Made by a program: the position numbers and the translations under genes. The notes below the pieces were generated by a model, which was not told the origin of the DNA, did no database searches, and saw nothing but the letters and a program-made list of their open reading frames with translations. A stretch of DNA of 29,252 nucleotides from an uncultured Lysobacterales bacterium (GTDB taxonomy: Bacteria > Pseudomonadota > Gammaproteobacteria > Xanthomonadales > SZUA-36): the NCBI GenBank assembly GCA_937974465.1, contig CALJWY010000132.1, positions 1-29,252 of the forward strand. The letters run 5' to 3'. This document shows, piece by piece, positions 1-11,021 of this stretch. Every line of letters begins with the position of its first letter. Position 1 is the stretch's first letter.

Positions 1-142
1 TGAGATGGTAATGCCTGGGGACAATGTCCAGATGAAGGTAGAGCTGATCGCACCGATTGCGATGGAAGAGGGACTGAGGTTTGCTATCCGTGAGGGTGGA
101 CGAACCGTTGGTGCCGGCGTTGTCGCGAAGATCTTTGAATAA
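1..142 (+). CDS. tuf: Elongation factor Tu, C-terminal end (5'-partial)
   Basis: Frame from base 2 reads [49 protein letters not shown] at 140-142. This is the canonical EF-Tu C-terminus, directly before rpsJ. Confidence 0.98.
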   Translation, partial: EMVMPGDNVQMKVELIAPIAMEEGLRFAIREGGRTVGAGVVAKIFE

Positions 143-195
143 GACTGTATTGAATTACGAAGTGTTGAATTACACAGGCAGAGCGAGTTAAAGAA

Positions 196-507
196 ATGGC
201 TGATCAAAGAATCCGTATCCGGTTGAAAGCATTCGATCATAGATTGATCGATCGTTCAGCCAGTGAAATTGTGGAAACCGCGAAGCGGACAGGCGCACAG
301 GTGCGTGGTCCGATTCCGTTGCCCACTCGAATTGAACGTTACACAGTGTTGACGTCGCCGCATGTAAACAAGGATGCGCGAGACCAGTATGAAACTCGTA
401 CGCACAAGCGCCTGATGGACATCATGGATCCAAATGACAAGACCGTGGATGCATTGATGAAGCTCGACTTGGCGGCTGGCGTAGATGTACAGATCAAGTT
501 GTACTGA
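196..507 (+). CDS. rpsJ: 30S ribosomal protein S10 (uS10)
   Basis: [15 protein letters not shown]...GPIPLPTR...HKRL; first gene of the S10 block. Confidence 0.99.
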   Translation: MADQRIRIRLKAFDHRLIDRSASEIVETAKRTGAQVRGPIPLPTRIERYTVLTSPHVNKDARDQYETRTHKRLMDIMDPNDKTVDALMKLDLAAGVDVQIKLY

Positions 508-541
508 TCGGTTATAAGAGAACAGGACAGTAGGCAGAACA

Positions 542-1183
542 ATGACCATTGGATTAATAGGCCGCAAACGCGGCATGACACGAGTGTTTACCGAGCAGGG
601 CGATAGCGTTCCTGTGACGGTCATCGAGGTCAACCCAAACCGCATCACGCAGGTAAAAACTGTTGAGGCGGATGGATACAGCGCATTGCAGGTAACCCTG
701 GGTACAAAACGCAACAGTTTGGTATCCAAACCGCAAGCCGGGCATTTCGCTAAAGCTGAAGTTGAAGCAGGTGAAGGCCTGTGGGAAATAAGGCTGAGCG
801 GCGACGAAGGGGCGGACCTGGAAGCAGGCGCCGAACTTAACGTTGAGCAGTTTGAAGCCGGGCAGATCGTTGATGTTACCGGAACCAGCAAAGGTAAAGG
901 TTTTGCAGGTGGCGTTAAGCGTCATAACTTTAGTATGCAGGACGCCACGCACGGTAACTCACTTTCGCATCGCGCGCCGGGCTCAATTGGCCAGTGCCAG
1001 ACCCCTGGACGTGTTTTCAAGGGTAAGAAAATGGCCGGTCACATGGGTGATGCCCGCGTAACCACACAGAATCTTGAAGTGGTTAAAGTCGATGTTGAGC
1101 GCAACCTGTTGTTGATCAAGGGCGCCGTTCCCGGTGCCAATGGCGGCCAGGTTTCTGTTTATCCAGCCGTGAAGATGCACTGA
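542..1183 (+). CDS. rplC: 50S ribosomal protein L3 (uL3)
   Basis: [47 protein letters not shown] motifs; synteny. Confidence 0.99.
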   Translation: MTIGLIGRKRGMTRVFTEQGDSVPVTVIEVNPNRITQVKTVEADGYSALQVTLGTKRNSLVSKPQAGHFAKAEVEAGEGLWEIRLSGDEGADLEAGAELNVEQFEAGQIVDVTGTSKGKGFAGGVKRHNFSMQDATHGNSLSHRAPGSIGQCQTPGRVFKGKKMAGHMGDARVTTQNLEVVKVDVERNLLLIKGAVPGANGGQVSVYPAVKMH

Positions 1184-1194
1184 GGAAAATGATG

Positions 1195-1797
1195 ATGGAA
1201 CTCGCAGTTGCAGGCGGAAACGCAATTAAAGTGTCGGAAACGACATTCGGACGCGACTTTTCAGAAGCGTTGGTTCACCAGGTGGTAACCGCTTATATGG
1301 CGGGCGCACGCGCTGGAACCAAAGCTCAGAAAACCCGCTCCGATGTACGTGGCGGGGGACGTAAGCCCTTCCGTCAGAAAGGTACAGGCCGTGCACGCGC
1401 CGGTACCATCCGTAGCCCATTGTGGCGCGGTGGTGGCCAGACGTTTGCAGCACGCCCACGTGACCATTCCCAGAAGGTGAATCGCAAAATGTACCGTGGT
1501 GCATTGCAGGCCATCCTTTCGGAATTGGTGCGTCAGGATCGTCTTATCGTGCTTGACTCAATTGAGCTCAGTGCACCGAAGACGTCAGAGTTGATAGGTA
1601 AGTTGGCCGAGCAGGGCTTCACCGAGGGTTTGATCGTGACGCCTGAAGTTGAAGGTAACCTTTTCCTGGCATCTCGCAATATTCCCAAGGTTTATGTATT
1701 GGATGTTGCAAGCCTGGATCCGGTAAGTCTCGTCGCTGCCGAAAAAGTGATCATGACTGTTGACGCAGTCAAGAAAGTTGAGGAGTGGCTGGGATGA
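1195..1797 (+). CDS. rplD: 50S ribosomal protein L4 (uL4)
   Basis: [29 protein letters not shown]. Three tandem ATGs (1189/1192/1195); 1195 chosen for the MEL start and GAGG spacing. Confidence 0.98.
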   Translation: MELAVAGGNAIKVSETTFGRDFSEALVHQVVTAYMAGARAGTKAQKTRSDVRGGGRKPFRQKGTGRARAGTIRSPLWRGGGQTFAARPRDHSQKVNRKMYRGALQAILSELVRQDRLIVLDSIELSAPKTSELIGKLAEQGFTEGLIVTPEVEGNLFLASRNIPKVYVLDVASLDPVSLVAAEKVIMTVDAVKKVEEWLG

Positions 1798-2096
1798 GCA
1801 ACGAGCGCTTGTACAAGGTTTTGCTTTCTCCGCGGATGACTGAAAAGTCAACCAGTATTGGTGAGAGTAGCAATCAGTACGTTTTTAAAGTTACCACAGA
1901 CTCAAATAAAAAAGAGATCAAGGACGCCGTAGAAAAGCTGTTCGAGGTCAATGTTGAGTCAGTTCGCATTGTTAATGTTAAAGGCAAGAGTAAGACTTTC
2001 AAGCTCCGCGCCGGCAAGCGAAATGACTGGAAAAAAGCATACGTCCGCGTGCAGGAAGGTCAAGTGATTGACTTCCTGGGCGGGGATTCAGTTTAA
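1794..2096 (+). CDS. rplW: 50S ribosomal protein L23 (uL23)
   Basis: SPRMTEKS...YVFKV...WKKAYVRV; ATG at 1794 overlaps the rplD TGA (ATGA). Confidence 0.98.
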   Translation: MSNERLYKVLLSPRMTEKSTSIGESSNQYVFKVTTDSNKKEIKDAVEKLFEVNVESVRIVNVKGKSKTFKLRAGKRNDWKKAYVRVQEGQVIDFLGGDSV

Positions 2097-2108
2097 GGAT
2101 ATTTGGTT

Positions 2109-2933
2109 ATGGCAATTGTTAAGGCAAAACCAACTTCACCGGGACGTCGTGGTGTCGTGCAGGTCAAGCACGATCACCTGCATAAGGGAGAACCTCATGC
2201 TGCGTTGCTGGAAAAGAAATCGCGAACAGGTGGTCGTAATAACACCGGTCGTATAACTACGCGTCATCGTGGTGGTGGTCATAAAAAACACTATCGTGTT
2301 ATTGACTTCAAACGCGATAAAGACGGCATCAACGGTCGCGTTGAGCGTATTGAGCATGATCCTAACCGGACTGCACATATCGCGTTGGTTCTGTATGCAG
2401 ACGGTGAGCGCCGTTACATTATCGCTCCCAAAGGTCTGCGTTCAGGGGATCCGGTGAAAAGCGGTCGTGACGCAGCAATCAAGCCGGGTAACTGCCTGCC
2501 ATTGCGCAATATTCCAGTAGGTACTGTTGTGCACTGTGTGGAAATGAAGCCTGGTAAAGGCGCGCAGATTGCCAGAAGTGCTGGCGCTGCAGTGCAATTG
2601 GTTGCACGTGAAGGCCAGTACGCAACCCTCAGGTTGCGCTCCGGTGAGATGCGCAAGATTCCGACTCGCTGCCGTGCAACGATTGGCGAAGTGTCGAATT
2701 CAGAGCATAACCTTGAGAAGCTGGGTAAAGCTGGTGCCACACGCTGGCGTGGTGTTCGCCCGACTGTTCGTGGTGTTGCCATGAACCCGGTAGATCACCC
2801 GCATGGTGGTGGTGAAGGCCGTACATCTGGTGGCCGTCATCCGGTTTCACCCTGGGGTGTTCCGACCAAGGGATACAAGACTCGCAGCAATAAGCGTACG
2901 GACAAGTACATCGTCCGTCGGTCTGGAAAATAA
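2109..2933 (+). CDS. rplB: 50S ribosomal protein L2 (uL2)
   Basis: [41 protein letters not shown]; ATG at 2109. Confidence 0.99.
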   Translation: MAIVKAKPTSPGRRGVVQVKHDHLHKGEPHAALLEKKSRTGGRNNTGRITTRHRGGGHKKHYRVIDFKRDKDGINGRVERIEHDPNRTAHIALVLYADGERRYIIAPKGLRSGDPVKSGRDAAIKPGNCLPLRNIPVGTVVHCVEMKPGKGAQIARSAGAAVQLVAREGQYATLRLRSGEMRKIPTRCRATIGEVSNSEHNLEKLGKAGATRWRGVRPTVRGVAMNPVDHPHGGGEGRTSGGRHPVSPWGVPTKGYKTRSNKRTDKYIVRRSGK

Positions 2934-2945
2934 CGGATAGCGAAC

Positions 2946-3218
2946 ATGGCAAGATCGATTAAAAAAGGACCTTTCATTGACCATCACCTGGCAAAGAAAG
3001 TGGAAAACTCAATTGAGACCAATAACAAGCGTCCGATCAAAACATGGTCACGACGTTCGATGATTATGCCGGAAATGGTTGGTTTGACCATCGCCGTGCA
3101 TAACGGAAGACAGCATGTTCCTATCCTGATTAATGATCAGATGATTGGACATAAACTCGGTGAATTTGCGCAGACCCGGACCTTTCGAGGTCATTCCGGC
3201 GACCGCAAGACCAAGTAG
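2946..3218 (+). CDS. rpsS: 30S ribosomal protein S19 (uS19)
   Basis: [12 protein letters not shown]...KTWSRRS...[13 protein letters not shown]. Confidence 0.99.
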   Translation: MARSIKKGPFIDHHLAKKVENSIETNNKRPIKTWSRRSMIMPEMVGLTIAVHNGRQHVPILINDQMIGHKLGEFAQTRTFRGHSGDRKTK

Positions 3219-3227
3219 GTAAGAGCC

Positions 3228-3563
3228 ATGAATGCAACAGCAAAATTAAGAGGCGCAAGAATTTCAGCGCAAAAGGTACGCCTGGTGGCGGACCAGGTAC
3301 GTGGCATGCCGGTTGAAAAGGCCGAGCAACTACTCGCCTTTAGTACGAAGAAAGCGGCCCGCATTATGAAAAAAGTGCTGCTTTCTGCAATCGCCAACGC
3401 CGAACACAACGATGGTGCAGATATCGATGAATTGAGCATCGCCACCATTATGGTTGATGAAGGCCCGACGATGAAACGCGGCAGGGCGCGCGCCAAAGGG
3501 CGTGGCACTCGGATTTTAAAACGGACCAGTCACATTACGTTGACTGTTGCCGACAGCGAATAG
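3228..3563 (+). CDS. rplV: 50S ribosomal protein L22 (uL22)
   Basis: [16 protein letters not shown]...SAIANAEHN...[15 protein letters not shown]. Confidence 0.99.
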   Translation: MNATAKLRGARISAQKVRLVADQVRGMPVEKAEQLLAFSTKKAARIMKKVLLSAIANAEHNDGADIDELSIATIMVDEGPTMKRGRARAKGRGTRILKRTSHITLTVADSE

Positions 3564-3577
3564 ACCAGGAAAATATT

Positions 3578-4255
3578 ATGGGTCAAAAGGTACATCCAAT
3601 TGGCATCCGTTTAGGGATATCCAAAGACTGGAATTCAACTTGGTACGCAGAGCGTGGTGAATACGCAGAGATGCTGAACACTGACCTGGCGGTCAGGGCA
3701 TACCTGCAAAAGCGTTTGCAGCAGGCAGCAGTCAGCCGCATCCAGATTGAACGTCCGGCAAAAACTGCCCGTATCACAATACATACGGCTCGTCCGGGTA
3801 TCGTGATTGGTAAAAAAGGCGAAGACATTGAGAAGCTGCGTCGTGAGGTGACCGCCCGCATGGGTGTTCCGACTCACATTTCAGTTGCTGAAATTCGCAA
3901 GCCGGAGCTGGATGCCCAGTTGGTTGCTGAAGGAATTGCACAGCAGCTGGAGCGCCGCATAATGTTCCGCCGCGCCATGAAGCGTGCGGTAGGTAACTCA
4001 ATGCGTTTGGGTGCCCTGGGAATCAAGGTGAAATTGTCCGGTCGCTTGAATGGTGCGGACATTGCCCGCAGCGAATGGTATCGCGAAGGCCAGGTGCCAC
4101 TGCATACACTGCGTGCCGATGTTGATTATGGTGTCGTTGAGGCTGCCACAACCTACGGCATCCTCGGTGTGAAAGTATGGATTTACAAGGGCGAAGTATT
4201 CGACTTGTATGCAGCCAAACCTGAGCAGTCTGGCAGCACTAAAGGCGCCAACTAG
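3578..4255 (+). CDS. rpsC: 30S ribosomal protein S3 (uS3)
   Basis: [13 protein letters not shown]...[13 protein letters not shown]...[13 protein letters not shown]...[11 protein letters not shown]. Confidence 0.99.
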   Translation: MGQKVHPIGIRLGISKDWNSTWYAERGEYAEMLNTDLAVRAYLQKRLQQAAVSRIQIERPAKTARITIHTARPGIVIGKKGEDIEKLRREVTARMGVPTHISVAEIRKPELDAQLVAEGIAQQLERRIMFRRAMKRAVGNSMRLGALGIKVKLSGRLNGADIARSEWYREGQVPLHTLRADVDYGVVEAATTYGILGVKVWIYKGEVFDLYAAKPEQSGSTKGAN

Positions 4256-4266
4256 GAGACTGAGCA

Positions 4267-4680
4267 ATGTTGCAGCCAAAACGAACAAAATTCAGAAAGC
4301 AAATGAAAGGCCGTAACCGTGGTTTGGCCCAGGTAGGAAACCGCGTCAGCTTCGGTGAGTATGGTCTAAAGGCAACGTCCCGCGGATTTATAACTGCTCG
4401 CCAGATCGAAGCAGCACGACGCGCCATTACCCGCTATGTAAAACGTGGCGGTAAATTGTGGATCCGTATTTACCCTGACAAGCCCATTACCAAGAAGCCG
4501 GTTGAAGTCCGGATGGGTAAAGGTAAGGGTAATGTTGAGTATTGGGTTGCACCGGTTCAACCAGGCCGTGTGCTTTACGAAATCCAGGGTGTATCCGAGG
4601 ATGCAGCCCGGGAAGCTTTCCGCCTGGCGGCAGCCAAGCTGGCGGTTAAGACCACCTTTGTATCCAGGTCGGTGATGTAA
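4267..4680 (+). CDS. rplP: 50S ribosomal protein L16 (uL16)
   Basis: [16 protein letters not shown]...[14 protein letters not shown]. Confidence 0.99.
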   Translation: MLQPKRTKFRKQMKGRNRGLAQVGNRVSFGEYGLKATSRGFITARQIEAARRAITRYVKRGGKLWIRIYPDKPITKKPVEVRMGKGKGNVEYWVAPVQPGRVLYEIQGVSEDAAREAFRLAAAKLAVKTTFVSRSVM

Positions 4681-4883
4681 TGAAAGTTGAAGAAATGAAA
4701 AGTAAGACTACGGTTGAATTGAGCGAAGAGCTGAAGAACCTGTTACAGGAGCAATTCAATCTGAGAATGCAAAAAGGTATGGGTCAGATGACCAATGTGA
4801 ATGAGTTGCGTCGTGTTCGCCGTGATATAGCACGGGTTAAAACCGTCATGACAGAGAAAACAAACGAAGGTAATGCGGCATGA
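4680..4883 (+). CDS. rpmC: 50S ribosomal protein L29 (uL29)
   Basis: EQFNLRMQK...[14 protein letters not shown]; TAATG overlap with rplP. Confidence 0.97.
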   Translation: MKVEEMKSKTTVELSEELKNLLQEQFNLRMQKGMGQMTNVNELRRVRRDIARVKTVMTEKTNEGNAA

Positions 4884-5140
4884 GTACTACACAGGAAATC
4901 AAGCGCACCCAGACTGGTCGGGTTGTCAGCAACAAGATGGACAAGAGTGTGACCGTACTTCTGGAACGTCAGATCAAGCATGCGTTGTATGGAAAATACA
5001 TCAAGCGTTCCACGAAGGTTCGTGCGCATGACGAAGACAACAGTTGTGGAGAAGGCGATAAAGTTGTTATCGCTGAGTGCCGTCCTCTTTCAAAGTCGAA
5101 GAGCTGGCGGGTAATTGAGATTCTGGAGCGGGCACAGTAG
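4880..5140 (+). CDS. rpsQ: 30S ribosomal protein S17 (uS17)
   Basis: [14 protein letters not shown]...[19 protein letters not shown]...[11 protein letters not shown]. Confidence 0.99.
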   Translation: MSTTQEIKRTQTGRVVSNKMDKSVTVLLERQIKHALYGKYIKRSTKVRAHDEDNSCGEGDKVVIAECRPLSKSKSWRVIEILERAQ

Positions 5141-5173
5141 CCCGGCCATCGGTTAAAACCGGAGAACGTATAA

Positions 5174-5542
5174 ATGATTCAGATGCAGTCCATGTTGACA
5201 GCCGCCGATAACAGCGGTGCACGCCGGGTAATGTGTATCAAGGTGCTGGGTGGTTCCAAGCGACGCTATGCGCGCATTGGCGACATCATCAAAGTTACCG
5301 TTAAAGATGCAATTCCTCGCGGTAAAGTCAAGAAAGGCGAAGTTTACGATGCCGTAGTCGTGCGCACCAGAAGTGGTGTCCGACGCAATGATGGTTCATT
5401 GATTCGGTTCGATGGAAATGCAGCGGTGCTGCTGAACCCGAAACTGGAGCCAATTGGCACACGTATTTTTGGCCCGGTAACTCGTGAACTGCGTTCAGAG
5501 CGGTTTATGAAGATTGTCTCGCTTGCACCTGAAGTGCTCTAA
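5174..5542 (+). CDS. rplN: 50S ribosomal protein L14 (uL14)
   Basis: [25 protein letters not shown]...[13 protein letters not shown]. Confidence 0.99.
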   Translation: MIQMQSMLTAADNSGARRVMCIKVLGGSKRRYARIGDIIKVTVKDAIPRGKVKKGEVYDAVVVRTRSGVRRNDGSLIRFDGNAAVLLNPKLEPIGTRIFGPVTRELRSERFMKIVSLAPEVL

Positions 5543-5558
5543 GCGGGAGGAGTAATAG

Positions 5559-5876
5559 ATGAAACGCATACATAAAGGCGATGAAGTCATCGTCACAACA
5601 GGTCGCAGTAAAGGCACCCGGGGTCATGTACTCCAGGTACTGGAGAATGATCGCTTGCTGGTCGAAAACGTGAATATGGCTAAACGTCATACAAAACCTG
5701 ATCCGGGCCGTAACAAGCCAGGCGGTATCGTTGAAAGGGAAGCACCGATTCATGTTTCTAACGTGGCAATGTTCAACCCGGCGACCGGTAAGGCTGACCG
5801 TGTCGGGTTTAAATCACTGGAAGACGGCAACAAGGTGCGTATTTTTAAATCCACCGGCGAAGCCGTTGATATCTAG
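5559..5876 (+). CDS. rplX: 50S ribosomal protein L24 (uL24)
   Basis: [14 protein letters not shown] (KOW), [15 protein letters not shown]. Confidence 0.98.
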   Translation: MKRIHKGDEVIVTTGRSKGTRGHVLQVLENDRLLVENVNMAKRHTKPDPGRNKPGGIVEREAPIHVSNVAMFNPATGKADRVGFKSLEDGNKVRIFKSTGEAVDI

Positions 5877-5887
5877 AGATCAATAAA

Positions 5888-6430
5888 ATGGCAAGATTAC
5901 ACACTATTTACAAAGAAACGCTTGCACCGCAATTGAAGGACAAACTCGCACTTGAGAATGTCATGGAGGTGCCGAAGATAACCAAGGTTACGTTGAACAT
6001 GGGCGTAGGTGAAGCGGTCACTGACAAAAAAGTCATGGCAGCAGCAACCGGCGACATGGCCGTAATTGCAGGTCAGAAGCCCATCGTCATAAATGCACGC
6101 AAATCTGTTGCGACGTTTAAAATTCGCGATGGCTGGCCAGTTGGTTGCAAGGTGACACTGCGCCGCGAGCGCATGTATGAATTTCTTGACCGCCTGGTAA
6201 ACATTTCCATCCCGCGTATCCGGGATTTCCGTGGCTTGAATCGCAAGTCGTTTGACGGGCGTGGAAATTACAGTTTTGGTATCACGGAGCAGATCATGTT
6301 CCCTGAAATCGATTTTGACAAGATTGACACCATTCGTGGTATGGATATCACCATAACCACGACGGCCAGAAACGACGCGGAAGGATTGGCGCTGCTACAA
6401 GCGTTCAACTTCCCCTTCAAAGATAAATAG
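5888..6430 (+). CDS. rplE: 50S ribosomal protein L5 (uL5)
   Basis: [16 protein letters not shown]...PRIRDFRGL...[10 protein letters not shown]. Confidence 0.99.
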   Translation: MARLHTIYKETLAPQLKDKLALENVMEVPKITKVTLNMGVGEAVTDKKVMAAATGDMAVIAGQKPIVINARKSVATFKIRDGWPVGCKVTLRRERMYEFLDRLVNISIPRIRDFRGLNRKSFDGRGNYSFGITEQIMFPEIDFDKIDTIRGMDITITTTARNDAEGLALLQAFNFPFKDK

Positions 6431-6444
6431 GTAAGGACCTTAGC

Positions 6445-6750
6445 ATGGCAAAAGTATCCATGATCAATCGCGAGAAGCGGCGTACAAAGCTGGTAGGCAA
6501 ATATGCCAACAAGCGCACTGCACTCAAAGCGATCATTGCGGACCCGGAAGTTGGGTTTGAAGAAAAACAGCAAGCAATGTTTTCGTTGCAGAAGTTACCG
6601 CGCGACTCGAGCCCGGTACGTCAACGTAACCGTTGTCAGATTACCGGACGTCCCCGCGGTTTTTACCGCAAGTTTGGGCTGTCCCGTAACAAGCTGCGCG
6701 AAGCAACCATGCGTGGTGATGTTCCAGGTCTCCGAAAGGCAAGCTGGTAA
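6445..6750 (+). CDS. rpsN: 30S ribosomal protein S14 (uS14), 101-aa form without a Zn ribbon
   Basis: [26 protein letters not shown]...PGLRKASW; single Cys. Confidence 0.99.
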   Translation: MAKVSMINREKRRTKLVGKYANKRTALKAIIADPEVGFEEKQQAMFSLQKLPRDSSPVRQRNRCQITGRPRGFYRKFGLSRNKLREATMRGDVPGLRKASW

Positions 6751-6802
6751 TAGATAACAAGCTGGTCTTTGACCTGGCTAATGTGAAACAAGGTATTTAA
6801 TC

Positions 6803-7198
6803 ATGAGTATGAGTGATCCGATTGCCGACATGCTGACACGCATCAGGAATGCGCAGTCAACCAATAAAGTAACGGTAAGCATGCCGAATTCGAAAATGAA
6901 GGCGGGTATTGCCTCGGTATTAAAAGACGAGGGGTACATCAACGATTTTCGCGTGGATGATAACGACGGCAAGCCAAATCTTGAAATTACGCTCAAGTAC
7001 TTTGAAGGCCGTGGGGTTATCGATAGCTTGAAACGAGCAAGTCGTCCCGGTCTTCGTATTTACCGCGGTAAAGATGAACTGCCCAAGGTGCTCGATGGTC
7101 TTGGCATTGTTATCGTCAGTACCTCGCGTGGTTTCATGACCGATGTGGCGGCGCGTGAAGCAGGTCACGGCGGCGAACTCATTTGTTACGTGGCTTAA
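6803..7198 (+). CDS. rpsH: 30S ribosomal protein S8 (uS8)
   Basis: [17 protein letters not shown]...SRPGLRIY...STSRG. Confidence 0.99.
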   Translation: MSMSDPIADMLTRIRNAQSTNKVTVSMPNSKMKAGIASVLKDEGYINDFRVDDNDGKPNLEITLKYFEGRGVIDSLKRASRPGLRIYRGKDELPKVLDGLGIVIVSTSRGFMTDVAAREAGHGGELICYVA

Positions 7199-7210
7199 GG
7201 AGTCCGGTAT

Positions 7211-7738
7211 ATGTCTCGCGTAGCTAAAAACCCAATTACACTGCCCTCTGGTGTTGATATCAATATCAGTGGTTCTAAGGTGAATATTAAAGGCCCCAAG
7301 GGAAACCTGGCGCTGGATCTGCATCCGAGTATTACTCTGGATGAAAATGACGGCGTATATATGGTCAAGCCGGACAGTGATAAAAATCTGGCAATGGCCG
7401 GTACTTTCCGTGCACTCATAGGCAATATGGTTGTAGGTGTCAGTGAAGGCTTTCAGAAGAAGTTGCAACTGGTTGGCGTGGGTTACCGCGCACAGGTCCA
7501 GGGCAAATCACTGAACCTCGCGCTTGGGTTCTCACACCCGGTTAAACATGAGGCACCTGAAGGTATCACCATCGAGACCCCATCACAGACCGAAATTATT
7601 ATCAGCGGTTGTGATAAACAAAGAGTTGGTCAGGTAGCAGCAGAGATTCGTTCATACCGGCCACCCGAACCTTACAAGGGTAAAGGTGTGCGTTATGCCG
7701 ATGAACGTGTCGTACGTAAGGAAGCCAAGAAGGCCTAG
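7211..7738 (+). CDS. rplF: 50S ribosomal protein L6 (uL6)
   Basis: MSRVAKNPI...GVGYRA...[13 protein letters not shown]. Confidence 0.99.
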   Translation: MSRVAKNPITLPSGVDINISGSKVNIKGPKGNLALDLHPSITLDENDGVYMVKPDSDKNLAMAGTFRALIGNMVVGVSEGFQKKLQLVGVGYRAQVQGKSLNLALGFSHPVKHEAPEGITIETPSQTEIIISGCDKQRVGQVAAEIRSYRPPEPYKGKGVRYADERVVRKEAKKA

Positions 7739-7780
7739 TACCGGTTGATACTGGTCAGGCTGGCTTAAGAGGAACGAGTA

Positions 7781-8134
7781 ATGGAAAAGAAAACAGCACG
7801 TTTGCGCAGGGCGAAAAAGACCCGCTCACACATTCGTCGACTGGGTATGCCCCGTTTGACGGTGCATCGCAGTGGCCGTCATATTTATGCACAGGTAATT
7901 GCTGCTGAAGGTGGCACTGTTGTCGCAGCAGCATCAACAGTACAGAAAGATCTACGCACGGGCTTGAAGAGCACCAGTAATAAGGACGCTGCCAAGGCCG
8001 TTGGTAAAGCAGTTGCCGAAAAAGCGGTGGCTGCAGGTATATCAGATGTAGCATTCGACCGCTCTGGCTACCGTTATCACGGTAGGGTTGCAGAACTGGC
8101 TGATGCTGCACGTGAAGCCGGGCTGAAGTTTTAA
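7781..8134 (+). CDS. rplR: 50S ribosomal protein L18 (uL18)
   Basis: [17 protein letters not shown]...[26 protein letters not shown]. Confidence 0.99.
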   Translation: MEKKTARLRRAKKTRSHIRRLGMPRLTVHRSGRHIYAQVIAAEGGTVVAAASTVQKDLRTGLKSTSNKDAAKAVGKAVAEKAVAAGISDVAFDRSGYRYHGRVAELADAAREAGLKF

Positions 8135-8171
8135 TTCACCCCCACTGAAGAATTAGGAAACAGGTATAAAA

Positions 8172-8684
8172 ATGGCGAGAATGGACAGAGAAAACGGCGA
8201 CGGGATGCTGGAAAAGCTGGTAGCCGTCAATCGTGTTGCCAAAGTTGTGAAGGGTGGACGTGTGTTCGGCTTTACGGCACTGAGTGTTGTTGGTGATGGA
8301 AACGGCAAGGTTGGATTTGGCTATGGAAAAGCCAAGGAAGTACCGGTCGCAATCCAGAAGTCAATGGAAAAGGCACGTCGGGACATGGTTACAATTTCCC
8401 TAAAGGATGGCACTTTGTGGCATCCGGTAAAAGCCAGGCATAGTGGCTCCAGAATCTATATGCAGCCTGCATCAGAAGGTACTGGCGTCATCGCCGGTGG
8501 CGCTATGCGCGCAGTATTGGAAACCGTTGGTGTGAGTGATGTACTGGCAAAAAGCGTTGGCTCAAACACACCCATTAACTTGGTCAGAGCCACCATTAAG
8601 GGTTTGGTGGCCATGCATAATCCGAAATCGATCGCTGCCAAACGCGGCAAGTCAGTCGATGAGATTCTTGCGAACCACAGCTGA
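8172..8684 (+). CDS. rpsE: 30S ribosomal protein S5 (uS5)
   Basis: [30 protein letters not shown]...[13 protein letters not shown]. Confidence 0.99.
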   Translation: MARMDRENGDGMLEKLVAVNRVAKVVKGGRVFGFTALSVVGDGNGKVGFGYGKAKEVPVAIQKSMEKARRDMVTISLKDGTLWHPVKARHSGSRIYMQPASEGTGVIAGGAMRAVLETVGVSDVLAKSVGSNTPINLVRATIKGLVAMHNPKSIAAKRGKSVDEILANHS

Positions 8685-8692
8685 GTAGAATA

Positions 8693-8881
8693 ATGGCTAA
8701 GAAACAACAGATAAATGTGACGCTGGTCCGTTCACCAATTGGTACCCAGCCAAAACACAGGGAATGCGTACGCGGCCTCGGCCTCAAGCGGATGCACCAA
8801 ACCGTAACGCTTGAAGATACACCTTCAGTACGCGGGATGGTTAACAAGGTTTATTACATGGTACGAGTGGAAGAGGTTTAA
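8693..8881 (+). CDS. rpmD: 50S ribosomal protein L30 (uL30)
   Basis: VTLVRSPIG...[24 protein letters not shown]. Confidence 0.98.
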   Translation: MAKKQQINVTLVRSPIGTQPKHRECVRGLGLKRMHQTVTLEDTPSVRGMVNKVYYMVRVEEV

Positions 8882-8925
8882 CCCGCTTCTGCGAGCCTGA
8901 ATCTTAATATTAGGAAAGTACAGAC

Positions 8926-9357
8926 ATGAAATTGAATACGATTAGCCCCGCTGAGGGCAGCAAAAAGAATCGCAAACGTGTTGGCCGCGGTATTGGCTCA
9001 ACCGATGGTAAGACTGCCGGTCGGGGTCACAAAGGTCAGAAATCACGTTCCGGTGGTTTTCACAAGGTTGGTTTTGAGGGTGGCCAGATGCCGCTGCAAC
9101 GCCGTTTGCCTAAACGTGGTTTCGCCTCAGCGACGGCGCGTTACAAAGCAGAAGTTCGTCTTTATCACATTGCGGCAATGGACGCTGATGTGATTGACAT
9201 GGATACCTTGAAAAAGGCCGGCATCGTAAAACACGATGTACGTAAAGTGAAAGTTATCAACACGGGTGAAGTTGGCCGCGCAGTTACTGTGAAAGGCCTG
9301 GCAGTCACCAAGGGTGCACAAGCCGCAATTGAAGCAGCGGGTGGAAAGGTCGAATAA
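8926..9357 (+). CDS. rplO: 50S ribosomal protein L15 (uL15)
   Basis: [24 protein letters not shown]...[18 protein letters not shown]. Confidence 0.99.
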   Translation: MKLNTISPAEGSKKNRKRVGRGIGSTDGKTAGRGHKGQKSRSGGFHKVGFEGGQMPLQRRLPKRGFASATARYKAEVRLYHIAAMDADVIDMDTLKKAGIVKHDVRKVKVINTGEVGRAVTVKGLAVTKGAQAAIEAAGGKVE

Positions 9358-10700
9358 TGGCAAAAACGCCTTCACAAGTAGCAGATACCTTAGGCGGAAT
9401 CGGTCGATTGACTGAGCTGCGTCAGCGTTTGCTGTTCGTGTTAGTGGCATTGATTGTGTATCGCATCGGTACCTTTATTCCGGTTCCCGGTGTCAATCCA
9501 CAAGCGTTGCTGCAATTCATGAACTCGCAGCAGGGCACCATCATTGATGTGTTCAACCTGTTCACCGGTGGTGCACTGGAGCGCTTCTCACTTTTTGCAT
9601 TGGGTGTGATGCCTTATATCTCGGCATCGATCATCATGCAGTTGATGAGTAGTACGCTGCCTCAATTACAGCAATTGAAGAAAGAGGGTTCCAGCGGTCG
9701 TCAGAAGATTACCCAGTACACACGTATATTTACCGTGGTGCTGGCAGCCTTCCAGGCAGGCAGTGTTGCATTTGCCCTGCAAAGCCAGACCTCTATCGTG
9801 TTTTCGCCGGGCTACGGTTTTATATTTACCGCGGTGGTAACGCTTACGGCAGGCACCCTGTTCCTGATGTGGTTGGGTGAGCAAATAACCGAGCGTGGTG
9901 TTGGTAACGGTATTTCGCTGATCATCTTCGCAGGTATCGTGGCGGGTCTTCCCCGTGCCATTGCAGGCACGCTGGAGTTGGTGAATACCGGGCAACTGAG
10001 TATTCCGGCAACCCTGTTTATCCTGTTGCTGGTGATTGGTGTGGTTTACTTTATCGTTCGGGTAGAGCGTGGCCAGCGCCGCATCACCGTTAACTATGCA
10101 CAACGGCAGGGCAAAGTGGCTTACCAGAACCAAGCGACTCACTTGCCTTTGAAATTGAATATGTCCGGTGTGATTCCAGCTATTTTTGCATCCAGCCTGG
10201 TGATTTTCCCGTCAACACTGGCTACCTGGTTTTCAAGTTCTGAAAATCTGAGTTGGCTAACTGACGTTGCGGCTGCATTAACGCCTGGTAATCTGCCTTA
10301 CACATTGTTGTACTCAGGTTTGATCATATTCTTCTGTTTCTTCTATACGGCGTTGGTGTTCAATTCCAAGGAAACGGCAGATAATCTGAAAAAATCAGGT
10401 GCTTTTATTCCTGGGATTCGCCCGGGTCGGCATACGGCCGACTATATCGATAGCGTGTTAACCAGGTTAACCATGGTGGGCTCGCTTTACCTGGTAGCCG
10501 TATGTTTGCTGCCTGATATCCTCAGGGTGATTTGGGCTGTGCCATTCTATTTTGGTGGTACATCCGTGCTGATCGTTGTGGTTGTCATCATGGACTTTAT
10601 TGCCCAGGTGCAGGCGCATTTGATTTCGCATAAATACGATAACCTGATGAAAAAAGCGAACCTGAAGTCATATGGTCGCTCAGGTGTGGTACGCCGATAA
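9357..10700 (+). CDS. secY: Preprotein translocase subunit SecY
   Basis: [55 protein letters not shown]; multi-TM; TAATG overlap with rplO. Confidence 0.99.
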   Translation: MAKTPSQVADTLGGIGRLTELRQRLLFVLVALIVYRIGTFIPVPGVNPQALLQFMNSQQGTIIDVFNLFTGGALERFSLFALGVMPYISASIIMQLMSSTLPQLQQLKKEGSSGRQKITQYTRIFTVVLAAFQAGSVAFALQSQTSIVFSPGYGFIFTAVVTLTAGTLFLMWLGEQITERGVGNGISLIIFAGIVAGLPRAIAGTLELVNTGQLSIPATLFILLLVIGVVYFIVRVERGQRRITVNYAQRQGKVAYQNQATHLPLKLNMSGVIPAIFASSLVIFPSTLATWFSSSENLSWLTDVAAALTPGNLPYTLLYSGLIIFFCFFYTALVFNSKETADNLKKSGAFIPGIRPGRHTADYIDSVLTRLTMVGSLYLVAVCLLPDILRVIWAVPFYFGGTSVLIVVVVIMDFIAQVQAHLISHKYDNLMKKANLKSYGRSGVVRR

Positions 10701-10737
10701 GGTGTTTAAGAGTGTGGCCTTGGTCACGGAATTTGTC

Positions 10738-10786
10738 GGCGGGGTACGCCAGACCGGTTAGCCGGAACAGCGTAACCGCCTTTGTT
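10738..10786 (+). other. Extended GC-rich hairpin with U-rich tail in the secY-rpmJ spacer (possible attenuator or processing site)
   Basis: GGCGG/CCGCC, TACGC/GCGTA and CCGG/CCGG stacked stems (10738-10780) followed by TTTGTT. Confidence 0.45.
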
Positions 10787-10803
10787 ATCTAAGGAGAGCT
10801 GCA

Positions 10804-10917
10804 ATGAAGGTGCAAGCTTCAGTAAAAAAGATATGCCGGAATTGCAAGATTGTACGACGCAGAGGCGTGGTTTTCGTTATCTGTACGGACAAGAAACACA
10901 AGCAGAGGCAGGGCTGA
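10804..10917 (+). CDS. rpmJ: 50S ribosomal protein L36 (bL36), Zn-ribbon form
   Basis: Hand translation [37 protein letters not shown]; AAGGAG SD upstream; too short for the ORF track. Confidence 0.98.
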   Translation: MKVQASVKKICRNCKIVRRRGVVFVICTDKKHKQRQG

Positions 10918-10919
10918 AT

Positions 10920-10950
10920 CAATTCGCTTAAAAGCGAATTGCAGCTTTTA
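10920..10950 (+). terminator. Terminator-like hairpin after rpmJ
   Basis: Perfect 9-bp stem CAATTCGCT-TAAA-AGCGAATTG. The T-run (TTTT) is separated from the stem by 4 nt, so termination is probably leaky. Confidence 0.5.
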
Positions 10951-10974
10951 CCGGTTTATTAGATTCGATATAAT
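10947..10974 (+). promoter_or_regulatory. Putative sigma70 promoter of the alpha operon
   Basis: TTTACC-N16-TATAAT with a perfect -10 at 10969-10974; same position as the E. coli alpha promoter (between rpmJ and rpsM). Confidence 0.6.
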
Positions 10975-11021
10975 GTACTGTTTGCGTTAAGCAGTACCAA
11001 CAGTAGACAGGAGTACGCAGT

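Noticed and set aside
6740-6766. Direct repeat CAAGCTGGT at the rpsN end and in the rpsN-rpsH spacer
   Set aside because: Two short copies with no structural or functional clue; likely a local micro-duplication.
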